Below are positions 26,601-31,977 of a stretch of 53,931 nt of DNA, one piece after another. The stretch covers positions 1-53,931 of the IMG/VR virus record IMGVR_UViG_3300017780_006886; one strand, 5' to 3'. Under the pieces are notes generated by a model. It was not told the DNA's origin and did not search any database. It worked only from the letters and a program-made list of their open reading frames with translations. The first letter of the stretch is position 1. Every line of letters begins with the position of its first letter. The position numbers and the translations under genes are program-made. This DNA is from a virus. Its lineage: Duplodnaviria; Caudoviricetes.

Positions 26601-27540
26601 AATCCAGATTGAGACTTCTCAGTTTTTGAACAAGGATACCAATACTCTAGCATTTGCAAATGCCAGAACAGTCAGCACTGGGTACTCAATTGAAGCCAAT
26701 ACAACACTAGGCATTGTTGGTGGCACCAGAGTGTCTGGTGCGCTAACATACACAATTGCAGGTGTACTAGACCATCTTAAGAAAGATATCCCAGACCTGG
26801 TACCGGGCACTTCTTATAACGGAGTTAAAGTAACAGGACAACCTTATACAGAAACACGTGACGATATACTAAGCCTAGACACTGCTATCAGCAGTGACTA
26901 CGACGACACTGGACTTGGTGTACGTCCTGAAGATATTATTGTTGAAGGCGGCAAATATATTGATTCGTATTCAAGTCATGCTCCACAAGAACTGATACCA
27001 GGTCAGGTGATTGATAGCCTACAAATGAATGTGTTTACAGCAAATATTGTGGGCGGAAACGTAGATTATGGAAATGTAATTGCTTATAAGATATTCACAG
27101 ACTATAAGGCGCCAACTGCATATTATCGTTTACCGTTTGCCAACACCACAGTACTGACTGCTAACCTAGCATACGATGCAACTGAAATTGAAGTAGATAA
27201 CATTAATACACTACCAGATCCAAATCCAGTACAAAATCAACCAGGATCAATTTGGGTCAACGGCGAGAAAATTAATTATTTTGGTCGAGATACCGGACGT
27301 GGTGTGCTAACTGATATACGTCGGGGAGCAGCTAGAACCAGTATTCCTATGCAACACGACGCTGGCAGCATAATTACAGATGCAAGTCCGGCACAGTTGA
27401 TTGGTACAGATACTGTGTTACCAATCACGTCTGATCTGTCCGTGGACAATGGATTTGCAGGCAGCGCCAATGTAGCAATATATCGTTCAGTGGTAGTGTC
27501 AGAAATCACCCAGGGTTCAACCTGGCTAGAACGATCATAA
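8692..27540 (+). CDS. Giant (6282 aa) mosaic baseplate wedge/fibre protein
   Basis: Uninterrupted 18.8-kb ORF after gp6. Contains DFDKFVNFNQYYW near the N-terminus, many GSGY..P/GGGG beta repeats, FG-GAP-like repeats (FGHSVVIS..LYVGAPG), BNR/propeller-like repeats (WVAVGNQGTLLTS) and YINEVKPYRTQIR. Confidence 0.75.
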   Translation: MAAIKSINFLPEIFKSDANRKFLAATVDQLISEPDFKRIDGYIGRKFAPNYRAGDKYVEEPSADRQNYQLEPSLIVQDTDATKSVLFYSNYVDLLQKIKYYGGLTNDHSRLFQGESYNFNGMFDFDKFVNFNQYYWLPDGPPEVAVSANSNISVLDFIVVRDSTRQAYTITGYGGDVNPIVTLVKGTTYTFRLNQLGYPFWIQTAPGATGSRSSAAEVQIRSVFGVANNGDDFGTITFNVPASTAQDTARLAERVAEVDYATTLTYAQVQNHLLSIIKKSGGIDGSSSVALNGRTVIFLTPTVEHDDWTDKGVFDFDLFDQDPEYLYPFEAGSLLDPALRYGIFRIRILNDSLIRFESLQEVDIGKKVYIKGGNKNAGVEYLKNSEGFWELIRPITAPLTELYYQDGVSNEFAGSFKLVEPGAAQIDVTIEIIGKKNYTSLNGVKFTNGLKIRFDNTVTPVAYTNNVYIVEGVGKSIRLVSIGNLVVPEEYALADQLSTPDYLTVSRGSQDLNAWSRSNRWFHSELINLAAGYNNDPTILETVATRGSRPIIEFEPDLYLYNYGQRAKAPVDILDYTVTDAFNQVEGQESYVIQLPNNITRPLTAGTRIIFAGDTDTNVKNKIYKVEFITIAERTQIHLVSQNTELLPTYYVSDVQLVENVQVVFAGGNPDIPATANVTVDSVTGTITDITFENFGSGYRGTPTATFVGGGNGSGAQIDLTVNSGTISAFTLVNGGTGYSTSPAYNFVPQITFASPVPSIGATQAVGTAIMSPTTVANVVVDYSGINYIADPSVNIETSNTEEAQVDAIFSKYKYVDYIRVVDGGTAVGTSPTLIISSPNSLEATTTYANTATFTSNVVDLVNNSGLSNGLLVYAAGVTGGTTIGTVAGNNKIVLSNRANITNGGKYVFKSAGAAGVTLTETYANTIVFTDSNVRVQGTVGISVGWNVYGEGIPRGTTVAGINTDGVTLQLSNSAVLRNGRTLVAKPDSTTTATVTETSRFSTVVTVDTTAVASQDMYITGGVAPTNIASINLGNPVIITTDSSHNLENGDKIVIRGVLASAESELNGGIYWVGVTNRLTLVLYSDPALQNTLDGRNYSPYVSGGYVAGFTIEYGVTVTKVLSETQLELSSEVSLLAGTTLAFVGKTATAIPVSTGTTIYAVNITEHGSGYLTPPSLSFTYSGGTAPVATALLNDDVLDYFKIVNPGAGYQIENSLVSTIISTVVATISDDTLYDTRLLTFASADDIFYVKPGWIALLVLEENQNTRYTDFSRVPYVSTGVTGPDPDNFLNYMDVELTNATVLKVQSIDENIITLDGDIISLDADGEPIPLVAGSKILFTAKSRFFTEEYYATSDPIGESKTTYLVRTPVTDSKTIFLNSIEGIQFGMSVRDLAGNLPSGLRVLSIDIVNQAIVLSQRINSVAGIPLLFSTEGSVTANLNSAKLLKVQIEDAGSEYTSAPTITIEPAIPSVEKVTSSTGTDLIQVDDLDGIVIGMTVTSEYGIDGSGVTTGAIVPRVIGTSIVQIGTATFEYFVQLNQVQPVFQGLIANFSLSAKALAKIESLNVVQTVTDDPTPDTYEADDTVLIALPTIGQSAIKQRQVGVNTYNQYWFDGTNWIPSQQKEDYNQAPLFDIFDLAGYSATDTSVYVGSKFFGTKLFSYKTGTGPTDPKLGFSLSYKNFQNVGDIEFVNNYDTETFQYLSNKLELSKDVNTMYLKQQTSSGFRYRNIWTKFAEPTKQYQIITHEFDGLTNYFEIDVLPAESKTIPYVKIYVDNAITDPTQYEIVKHGGRYAVIIDGSLLSIDPISKVDILIYSKSSSSIGHYQLPANLDQNAENLNFESLTLGQLRQHLITMSTSHYGMTGNVLGTNNLRDLNIKPWQGAVVQHASPVMYSSLFLGDNGLEFIEAIEYAQKEYTKFKNKFIDQGIKADIDPRDIPLAVDTLMRLINVGKNTSMPWYDSDMIPYGTAAITTIIPIVDVRLRRYQLPNAFDDTVLSRRSVLVYLEDSTTPRVKTQLVKGIDFTFNADLSAIDITSTVNLTYTSQLRIIDRPTTVGCYVPETPTKLGLHPRYIPRMFVDDTYQTPILVIQGHDGSITPAFNDIRDQLLLELELRIYNNIKVDYQVTLLDIIDSVPGKFRSINYSLSEFNQLLSKNFLKWASIGQVNYSANTTFESNNAWTWNYKNLKDFTGEFVPGFWRGIYQYFYDTDKPHVTPWEMLGFYEKPSWWEENYGPAPYTGANTVLWDDLELGLIAGGPRLGIDTRFARPGLSRVIPVDEFGMLKSPEKVLLSRFDSTRLSSSWAIGDAGPAESAWRKSSHYPYALQIAIALSRPGFYFGTLFDISLYKRNTEVDQLLLVTDNQRVRKTTVRISDDGVNSGTTTFTAGYVNWVRDWFSSKAIDGTAKIKKLIQSLEVKLSYKMAGYSDSKFLNVLADQSSPASGSSNIIIPQENYKIFLNKSAPLSRIVYSAVIIERTTTGFSVAGYDLENPYFTIIPSEVNGSFYSITAINDTAVIYRDFQPIKLTVPYGFEFSSRQQVVDFLVSYGRYLTGQGMVFDTFSPELEVKQDWTLSAREFLTWAQQGWKAGNLVILSPVYNSIKIINTDGVIDSVENILSGSKILDQNFVKIKNSQFSVVRDENTFSLTSVFGQTIALADLNLIQYEHVLLLDNVTVFNDIVYQPALNNRQYRLRLIGNKVGSWTGQLNPAGFIYNSDSVDVWKMQTNYKKGTLINFKENYYYASSDVPASIDFDFSYWTPIEKSRIKTGLLPNFAYNAEKFNDIYDLDHRPVDLQLNKLSQGITGFRDRAYFQDFKLDVTSQAKFYQGFIKQKGTASAIDALTTATFENLTSSITLYEEWGMRVGEYGALGSNQSIEFQLDETQFTSDPSTVVLITRGETPTEGVINVNPLDLYRTSEDKFNQYPIQTRLDVRTRPGDAVTAGYPRVDDVDDTIFDLAEYQNYSSLVTDIGSGFKLWVAKDFNKNWNVYRATETNVLINELQIGLDSQITINVDRPHGLMPDDLTIIKNFANGQFDGFYRVLSVPTAISFVVQGYKNVASLRSQQSITGSGILLLMISVRYSRINELVSTVPLHGWRDKDRVWIDNDIANDVWAVFEKNNGWDFDRVLPVRQGDWRVNEGYGGALKISRDNSLILAAAKNSSSGSISGLRIIHPGFLYDAAEDTFSLPLTDGGSMATVDIDEISRTLLYTRVTNSGSGYTHQPNVTVSDTSTLVTTYTGNVYNSSTLTLTTLSESNTKTALLDAYPTRANIILGNINDIWIGDTVTGSDGQGNSIPGTTLVANINYNTNMVTLTNSFQWNITSNPSLTFTRSKVQVGDIVTAADNVGNVVGVELTTITTISTSTNQITLNRNVYLNGGTTINLSRGTGGNVQARLAPTSVTSITVVDSGAGFTVAPQIEFIGGGGRGATAQVTLSSEGAILSVAITNSGIGYTSAPDAELITTNIGSTAKLRVNLAPSTVEFLYIGASGTDYKKPKLTITTYTGTSGSGATGNVNVTNKSIGSVIIRNYGVGYTTKPNIVITDSVGVGSGAVFEALYQSGQVKTFQPGENNLITQVQNVPVFGPDAAEFGYEIDIGLRYAFIGAPGTLNAKGAVEIASSTGSAWVPQQVLSPTTLAFGDRFGHSVVISKDERWLYVGAPGAGKVFAYVRKTTPENRRKLTVGQNQTSYVTDLYTVKQNIEIKVVGESGRVFEPSFDYNILAGIITFKNFGIISSERFLFVSQLYPATVITSPPRANDSIDPYTIQGVLVTTYELVAPPREDEQMIVQGSDGRVFILGIDYTIAGKTLTFLNTEFTEQASIVVQILEKYYVLSGVIEPDDQTIWEDGVSASEYNRIAIAGEVNTYADLAGGGFITGDLIKVLNLQVDGSYNSYEMYLKTASSYALKGTENRSITRGVGQFGSSLATTSDCYQLIVGAPEYTATDTGELKSGKVYIFDRLYTVFTGTGGNSTVFNTLQSLQIGTKVTINGIEVIENVDYTANGTAIEFVTAPANGARIQVDVNAFNIVQSIESPSAIFKGYYGATVAISPDNKNIFVGAPGYRDVDYYNGRVYRYINQALAYGKITATISRPQTISSDTIRINDVEVLLQASGNVTTKIAKDINGKNITGISSRTDGVSSVIFDDTQSFIRGSGYYTSNVAAVIDPPDQTIGNQAYANVVTLFGNGAVESVTITATGAGYTFAPNIRFTGANTIQPTATVEIESSPLTIFTTDFARAKTINILPGIGSGLADIGLEIYVPTQIFQHPDLGVPEKYGSLIKVDPESGETLMVGSEGAATLKTATFDALETLFDRDTTRFIDVLKGSGAVYVYDYLPVTGETLDEPSQYLYNQVLQNSNILFGDNFGSGFSINNNWVVVGANASDYYDTNAGLVHLFKNMSGKKGWTKLRNRTDVVDIDYINKVFLYDKNTQLIDTALDYFDPVKGKILGAADQDIDYKTAYDPAVYNKGNSSTVTIDSSTPWNEVQLGRVWWNLDVCRYINYEQGELTYRVNYWGQLFPDSTIEVLEWVESLVLPSQYAATNDGEAKYNDNSAYVEIVYLDTQSGLFKTKYYYWVKNKVGVDTVKTRRARSISALQNLIEYPAQQDIPYLAVVSPNAFSIYNVNTLITSTDKILKIEYATTLNEIIAHSEYELIQQGNALSVIPAKLINKLIDSLSGENSAGEVVPDLRLKDNQRLGIGIRPRQSMIADVPTAVKIFVGYINRFLQSELVVRLYDISGLSTYEALPSDAGGFYNQAVDTLDELFYILTESLLVGYKVLIKTDSANEGFWTIYEYQPDNTQTDSVWVLNRIQSHDSTRYWKYADWYVTGYNINTQITYIVPEFKDIAALDITAGDVIKVLDDGQGNFELYAVDANFVPIIAGVENGTIQLLSSLYDQDEALVGFDNTGFDNTGFAKTAAIELRNIINGLFNGVFVGLNEVEINKVFFVLVNYILSEQASVDWILKTSFISIVHKIRKLLQFPSYIKDQQDYFESYINEVKPYRTQIRSYLLDYEGTDIVSTAASDFDLPAFYDSTIGSYRALNIGNPADLEFINFTSAKSWLDNYKYSIQSITVIDGGSGYVGIPRVTIAGGGGTGAIVTAEINAQTGKVIAVVVDTPGSGYTYQPTVTFSGGGGDVVSAKAYVNFVQLSGNVSINTQNKLVRSINTTLKFDRTAYLSVVKRWKQYTTYHPGDIIAVPDVTQSYFTNYPDQLISNYTNAYRIVKTVLAAETLSLNIFNDSTIVTKLSGSDIPNALDRVALYNRPGSPDIAVLYSSPDTQRLDSVSINDQVSSSGNEWNKVIHSIVVPSVHEYQYLAIGNRALIAISQDSVNWTIVPLTEPQINLRDAVLYNGTTWVAVGNQGTLLTSVDTATWTKEIVNEYRSSPSADNELGTLQQNVSQAIDFTSVEYAKSTRGDYLIAVGNGSNILVNPYDTSADIDQGWYSARPQPGIFGSPIQFLSVITKSFNDLTDIDGTNYLSTLELSGYFTTITVIKSASWGSVTGSTTLTITAPVQSVAGAVFVGSVFYNSNLPTAVDSVVTDIVNDGTTYTFEIEFSLAQTVTAKTGQTINLSTVDTGLTLQQGFVIAGGVNGNFYITSYARIDDLLQGYSKRYNYDLGKKDDENYPWVPMNAPAAVAGSGDNASGEQISGIAMSNFYDRWIVAVGSGGSLIWNRLDSPLQVRAGSVELSGDTDSRTVIDYGIEVFKNFREFNVADFEYPLTKEILAKINFTDVSWDGEKFVAVGDRSTVIWGYPGNQDEAYIELGNLNPILIATTRTASASWTGGSNITTLLVTVATSAISGPVLPGMTMSSTDLPVDSLVTMVRTYNNTLDYYEITIEFTTATVATRSTQNIAMSYVFTDDIPVGTELTFDGPSNQTVTLTTSRAASAGDTRIYVEGFNSVSANWRISGIGIPPDARVRLVGKFAQFNWKYAQGSGRDVTIDYNSTSVNTTTLRLDTPFTANIPSGTLLTFFDSTGTRIQIETSQFLNKDTNTLAFANARTVSTGYSIEANTTLGIVGGTRVSGALTYTIAGVLDHLKKDIPDLVPGTSYNGVKVTGQPYTETRDDILSLDTAISSDYDDTGLGVRPEDIIVEGGKYIDSYSSHAPQELIPGQVIDSLQMNVFTANIVGGNVDYGNVIAYKIFTDYKAPTAYYRLPFANTTVLTANLAYDATEIEVDNINTLPDPNPVQNQPGSIWVNGEKINYFGRDTGRGVLTDIRRGAARTSIPMQHDAGSIITDASPAQLIGTDTVLPITSDLSVDNGFAGSANVAIYRSVVVSEITQGSTWLERS

Positions 27541-27549
27541 GGTAATTAA

Positions 27550-28494
27550 ATGAGTTTAACTAATAATGTAACTGTAACAGGCACTGGACTTTATGTCAGT
27601 AACACACGGGAAAGCAATTTTCTAAGAGAAAGCCCCGGGTACACATCCAATGTTGATCCACGACTACCCAACTATGATTATATTACTTCAAATTTGACCA
27701 TATGGTCAAATGCACAAATTGTTGTTAGTAACATTAATTTATTTTCCAACCCTGGAGAAATCACTGCCAACAGCACTGTTACCGCAAACTCGTTGTTGAG
27801 TAACTTATTGGTAGTACCAGTAAGTAGCGTGAGCACAGTTGTGCTAGGACGTCGAGTTATTACAGCAAATATTGCCAACACTGCAAATGTCAAAGTAGCC
27901 AGGATCTTTTCTGCCAATGGTAATATACTGCTTAGTGGGTACACTGCTAACGCCCGGATTACCGCAGGAGAAACTGTATATTTTTGGCCGCGTACACAAG
28001 TAGGTGCTGTACGAGTCAAAAGTGAAGTTATCTGGTATGATCATGCATGGGAATCAAACAGCAGTTTAACTGGGCTGACAAGAAATGTAGGCAACACCAC
28101 AAATTCTACTATCAATGGTAACATTTGGGGCGGAAATATCATCAGCGTACTTGGATTACGCACAACAGCATCAGCAGTGCCTTCAAGCGGAATAACACTT
28201 GTGGGATTTATAGATGGAATAACATATTATGGCTCGTACCATGTTCATGAGGGACAAAAAATGACGGGCAGTACTCATACAACCACATTCCATCGGTATA
28301 TCTATGATACAGTGGAAGAGAGCCTGGCCAACTTGCAACTGGTGGTCAATATGTTCTCCACCGTGCGCAGCGCCAGCGGCGGCAGCGGCAGCGCCAGCGG
28401 TGGCAGTTCTGGTGGCTCAAGCGGTGGCAGTTCTGGCGGCTCAAGCGGTGGCAGTTCTGGCGGCTCAAGCGGTGGCGGCTACGGAGGATATTAA
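27550..28494 (+). CDS. Putative virion protein with a His-rich motif and Gly/Ser tail
   Basis: Thr/Asn/Val-rich beta-type sequence; C-terminal YHVHEGQKMTGSTH followed by (GGSS)n-GGYGGY; RBS AAGG upstream. Confidence 0.6.
   Translation: MSLTNNVTVTGTGLYVSNTRESNFLRESPGYTSNVDPRLPNYDYITSNLTIWSNAQIVVSNINLFSNPGEITANSTVTANSLLSNLLVVPVSSVSTVVLGRRVITANIANTANVKVARIFSANGNILLSGYTANARITAGETVYFWPRTQVGAVRVKSEVIWYDHAWESNSSLTGLTRNVGNTTNSTINGNIWGGNIISVLGLRTTASAVPSSGITLVGFIDGITYYGSYHVHEGQKMTGSTHTTTFHRYIYDTVEESLANLQLVVNMFSTVRSASGGSGSASGGSSGGSSGGSSGGSSGGSSGGSSGGGYGGY
28396..28476 (+). repeat. 24-bp tandem repeat x3.4 (AGCGGTGGCAGTTCTGGYGGCTCA) encoding SGGSSGGS
   Basis: Units at 28396, 28420 and 28444, plus a partial unit at 28468, read directly from the sequence. 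Confidence 0.95.
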
Positions 28495-28584
28495 TAATGA
28501 GTAGATTTTTTACGCAAGTATTTCTGGCACATTTGAATACCTTGCTCTTAATTCGTAGGATTTGCGATCATGCTAAATAAGGAT

Positions 28585-29262
28585 ATGAACACTTTACCAG
28601 AACAACCACCAGTACAACCTGCAGAACCCACACGGCCACCAAATGATGTTGGTGGAATTTATGTGCGTGGGCATATCAAGATTCATGACCCAGAAACAGG
28701 CGAAGTTTTTATAGATAAGCCCAATGCTATCCATTATGAAAACATTAGCGAGGCTATTGCTTATTCGTTGAGCCATAGAGATCAGCAGTATTTTTATGAA
28801 ATGCATTTTGGAAATGGCGGCAGCGCAGTTGACAGCACTGGCATTATTACCTATTTGATCCCAAATACCACATCATTGAACGCTACCCTCTATAATCCGA
28901 CATATTCTAAAATCATTGATGACACAGCCTCAGATAATCCAGACCCAAACAATAACAAAATGCAGGTAAGGCATGTGCCAGGTAATGTGTATAGTGACAT
29001 TATAATCAGCTGTCTTTTGGATTATGGCGAGCCAGCCACACAAAGCGTGTTTGATAATAGCACAACACTTAATGATACATATACATTCGACGAGCTAGGA
29101 ATCAAAGCAAGAAGCCTAGATGGAACCAGTGGACTTACTGGAACTGGTAAATTGCTAACGCACGTGATTTTTCACCCGGTTCAAAAGTCATTGAATCGCT
29201 TGGTTCAAATTGATTACACAATTCGTATTCAAACATTGACCAATTTGAGTACAATAGGATAA
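28585..29262 (+). CDS. Conserved-type virion/baseplate structural protein
   Basis: FDELGIK and LLTHVIFHPVQKSLNRLVQIDYTIRI resemble tail-fibre-attachment/baseplate proteins of large phages. The ATG at 28585 follows a TAAATA motif; 28570 is an alternative start. Confidence 0.6.
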   Translation: MNTLPEQPPVQPAEPTRPPNDVGGIYVRGHIKIHDPETGEVFIDKPNAIHYENISEAIAYSLSHRDQQYFYEMHFGNGGSAVDSTGIITYLIPNTTSLNATLYNPTYSKIIDDTASDNPDPNNNKMQVRHVPGNVYSDIIISCLLDYGEPATQSVFDNSTTLNDTYTFDELGIKARSLDGTSGLTGTGKLLTHVIFHPVQKSLNRLVQIDYTIRIQTLTNLSTIG

Positions 29263-29268
29263 TAGCAA

Positions 29269-31941
29269 ATGGCTTATATTATAACAAAAACAAATGGCGA
29301 CAGTTTAGTTACAGTTCCAGATACTGAAAAAAATACAGATTATGGTGTAACACTGGTAGGGCGAAACTATTCAGGCTACGGAGTCTATCTTAACGATAAT
29401 TTTGTGGCGTTAATGGAAAACTTTGCAAATAATACAGCACCAGGTGCACCGCTTGAAGGACAGCTTTGGTTTAATACATCTACTGCTACCCTTAGTCTCT
29501 GGAACGGCGATGCCTGGCGTTCCTTGGCTGTGCTAACTAATTCAGGTTCTGCTCCAGGAACATCAGGAACATTGGTAGGACACATGTGGTGGGACAATCT
29601 AAACTACCAGCTGAAAGTCTGGAGCGGACAAACAGAATATGCAAGAACTGCAACACAAACTATCACACTAGGAAATGTTGTATCGGTGACCAGCACCGGC
29701 AGTATTGCCGCTGGAGATTTTGTTACACATGCAAACATTAGTGCGCTGGACAGGATTGTAGTTGAACAGGTTTTAAATAGCAGTCAGGTACGTATCAGTA
29801 CACTTGCTAATATTTCAAATGGTCAAACAGTAACATTTACCAATGGTATTGGTTGGCAAACTGTAGGACCAGTATACACAAAAGATCAAAATTTAAACGG
29901 CATCATACCAGGCGATATCACTGACACAAGTGGTATACCCCATGTTGTTGCACTGATGTATAATGATGGACAAGTAGTTGGAACAATAAGTCGAGACATT
30001 GAGTATACACCTCGGACCGAAGATGCTATCTCTGGGTTCACCACAATCAAACCAGGACTACAACTTAAATCGTCTGTGTCAAGACAATTTACTAAGACCG
30101 TGCAAGCAACAGCAACAGGATCTGCAGGGTCTACTACATTTGTACTTGGATCAAACAGTGATCTAGCAGTTGGCGATTATTTTATTTCTGGTAACGTTCA
30201 ACTAGGAACCTATACACAACTAGGTGCGATCTATGCCAATGGAGCAGTTACCGTTGGAACAACCACTACTGTATACCAAAATGAAACAGTTACATTCCAG
30301 AGAGGAACATTACCTGTACTGACGTTCAATGGAACAGCAAACAACAGTCAATTGTTTAATGGTAGATCACCGGACGGATTTGCACAAACTGATCTGGCTA
30401 CTACTTTCTTTGCAGATTTTACCATCAATGGAAACACATATCTGAATGGCGGAAACATTGCGATCACCACAACTGATCGCGGCAATGTTACTGTTAGAAA
30501 CACTATCTATAATGCAAATGTTTCCTTCACCGCCAACGTGCCAGGTGTTGGTGTTGACGCCCAACTACTAAACCTAAGCGGTAATGACGGCTTGGTTACC
30601 GTTAGGGCAGAACCAACAGCAGCACTTGGAGTGGCAACCAAGAGTTATGTTGACACCCGCGACAATAACACTCGTGCTATGTTGGCCACAAATGTGGCAG
30701 CATTAATTGGCAATGCGCCTGCAGGATTCCAAGACCTAGGCCTAGCAAGTGCTAATGTGGGTGCTATAACAACCACTCTGACTGCGGTGCAAGCAGCCGT
30801 TGCATTAAGAGCCTACGCGGCAGATACCGCACTGACTGGTACTCCAACTGCTCCAACAGCAACAGCTGGAACCAACACAACACAAATTGCTACCACAGCA
30901 TTCACAACCTCAGCAGTGGCAACCTTGACCGACACAGTTACCACAGCACTAGGCCTAAAAGCACCTATTGCAAATCCTACATTCACTGGTGTTCCGCTTG
31001 CACCAACAGCAAGTGCCGGCACAACCACCACACAAATTGCCACTACACAGTTTGTAACAACAGCAATAGGAGCTGGCCTGGGAGGAGTAAACCTGGCTCC
31101 GTATGCTACAGTAGCAAGCCCTATATTTACTGGTGTGCCTGCTGCACCAACAGCAGCGGCCAGTGTTAACAACACACAACTTGCTACAACAGCATTTGTG
31201 CATTCAGTAATACCAGCTGGTATTATCATGCTATGGTCTGGCAGTAGTGCATCTATTCCAGCTGGTTGGGCACTATGCGATGGCACCAACAGCACACCAG
31301 ACTTGGCAGATAGCTTTGTAGTAGGAGCAGGAGCAGCCTACAATGTAAACGCCACTGGAGGATCTCGAAATTCTGTAGTTCCGAGTCATACACACAGTGC
31401 AACTGGTACGTCAACATTCAGTGGTGCTGCCCTGTCCACACACAGTCACACGTTTACTGGCACAGCATTGGCAGCACACGGTCACACATTTACTGGAACA
31501 GCACTGCCAACACACAGTCATACGTTTACAGGCGATGCGTTAAGTACTTCTCATACGCACACAGTAAATGACCCAGGACACGCACACGCAATCAGCCCAG
31601 TGCTGAGCACCAGCGGTAGTGGAAATCCTGCACACAAATCTAGCCAAGCATATGGTACAGTATCTCAAACAAATTCAACATCAACTGGTATTACACTAAA
31701 CGCCGCCTCAGCAGGAACACCAGCTGGAACAAACAGCGGAACCAGTGGCGGAACACCAGCAGGTTCAAACAGTACAACCAGCGGCGGAACACCAGCAGGA
31801 ACAAACAGCAGTGAAAGCGCAGGGACACCAAGTGGTACAGTTGCTACTTCTGTTAGCGTGGCAAGCACAGGAGTTTCTGTGACAGATGCAAATTTACCAC
31901 CGTACTATGCACTTTGCTACATCATGAAAACATACGGTTAA
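29269..31941 (+). CDS. Tail fibre with collar domain and HxH needle tip
   Basis: Three TG(T/V)P.APTA...TQ.ATT.F repeats; collar motif IPAGIIMLWSG...PAGWALCDG...PDL; six HxH motifs; C-terminal NLPPYYALCYIMK. Confidence 0.85.
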   Translation: MAYIITKTNGDSLVTVPDTEKNTDYGVTLVGRNYSGYGVYLNDNFVALMENFANNTAPGAPLEGQLWFNTSTATLSLWNGDAWRSLAVLTNSGSAPGTSGTLVGHMWWDNLNYQLKVWSGQTEYARTATQTITLGNVVSVTSTGSIAAGDFVTHANISALDRIVVEQVLNSSQVRISTLANISNGQTVTFTNGIGWQTVGPVYTKDQNLNGIIPGDITDTSGIPHVVALMYNDGQVVGTISRDIEYTPRTEDAISGFTTIKPGLQLKSSVSRQFTKTVQATATGSAGSTTFVLGSNSDLAVGDYFISGNVQLGTYTQLGAIYANGAVTVGTTTTVYQNETVTFQRGTLPVLTFNGTANNSQLFNGRSPDGFAQTDLATTFFADFTINGNTYLNGGNIAITTTDRGNVTVRNTIYNANVSFTANVPGVGVDAQLLNLSGNDGLVTVRAEPTAALGVATKSYVDTRDNNTRAMLATNVAALIGNAPAGFQDLGLASANVGAITTTLTAVQAAVALRAYAADTALTGTPTAPTATAGTNTTQIATTAFTTSAVATLTDTVTTALGLKAPIANPTFTGVPLAPTASAGTTTTQIATTQFVTTAIGAGLGGVNLAPYATVASPIFTGVPAAPTAAASVNNTQLATTAFVHSVIPAGIIMLWSGSSASIPAGWALCDGTNSTPDLADSFVVGAGAAYNVNATGGSRNSVVPSHTHSATGTSTFSGAALSTHSHTFTGTALAAHGHTFTGTALPTHSHTFTGDALSTSHTHTVNDPGHAHAISPVLSTSGSGNPAHKSSQAYGTVSQTNSTSTGITLNAASAGTPAGTNSGTSGGTPAGSNSTTSGGTPAGTNSSESAGTPSGTVATSVSVASTGVSVTDANLPPYYALCYIMKTYG

Positions 31942-31977
31942 TTACCGATAAATAATAGATAAATTGGAGTTTAAGGA

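Noticed and set aside
28396-31845. Repeats considered as a CRISPR array or DGR template/variable pair
   Set aside because: All are in-frame coding repeats without unique spacers. No cas gene, reverse transcriptase or adenine-specific mismatch pair was seen.
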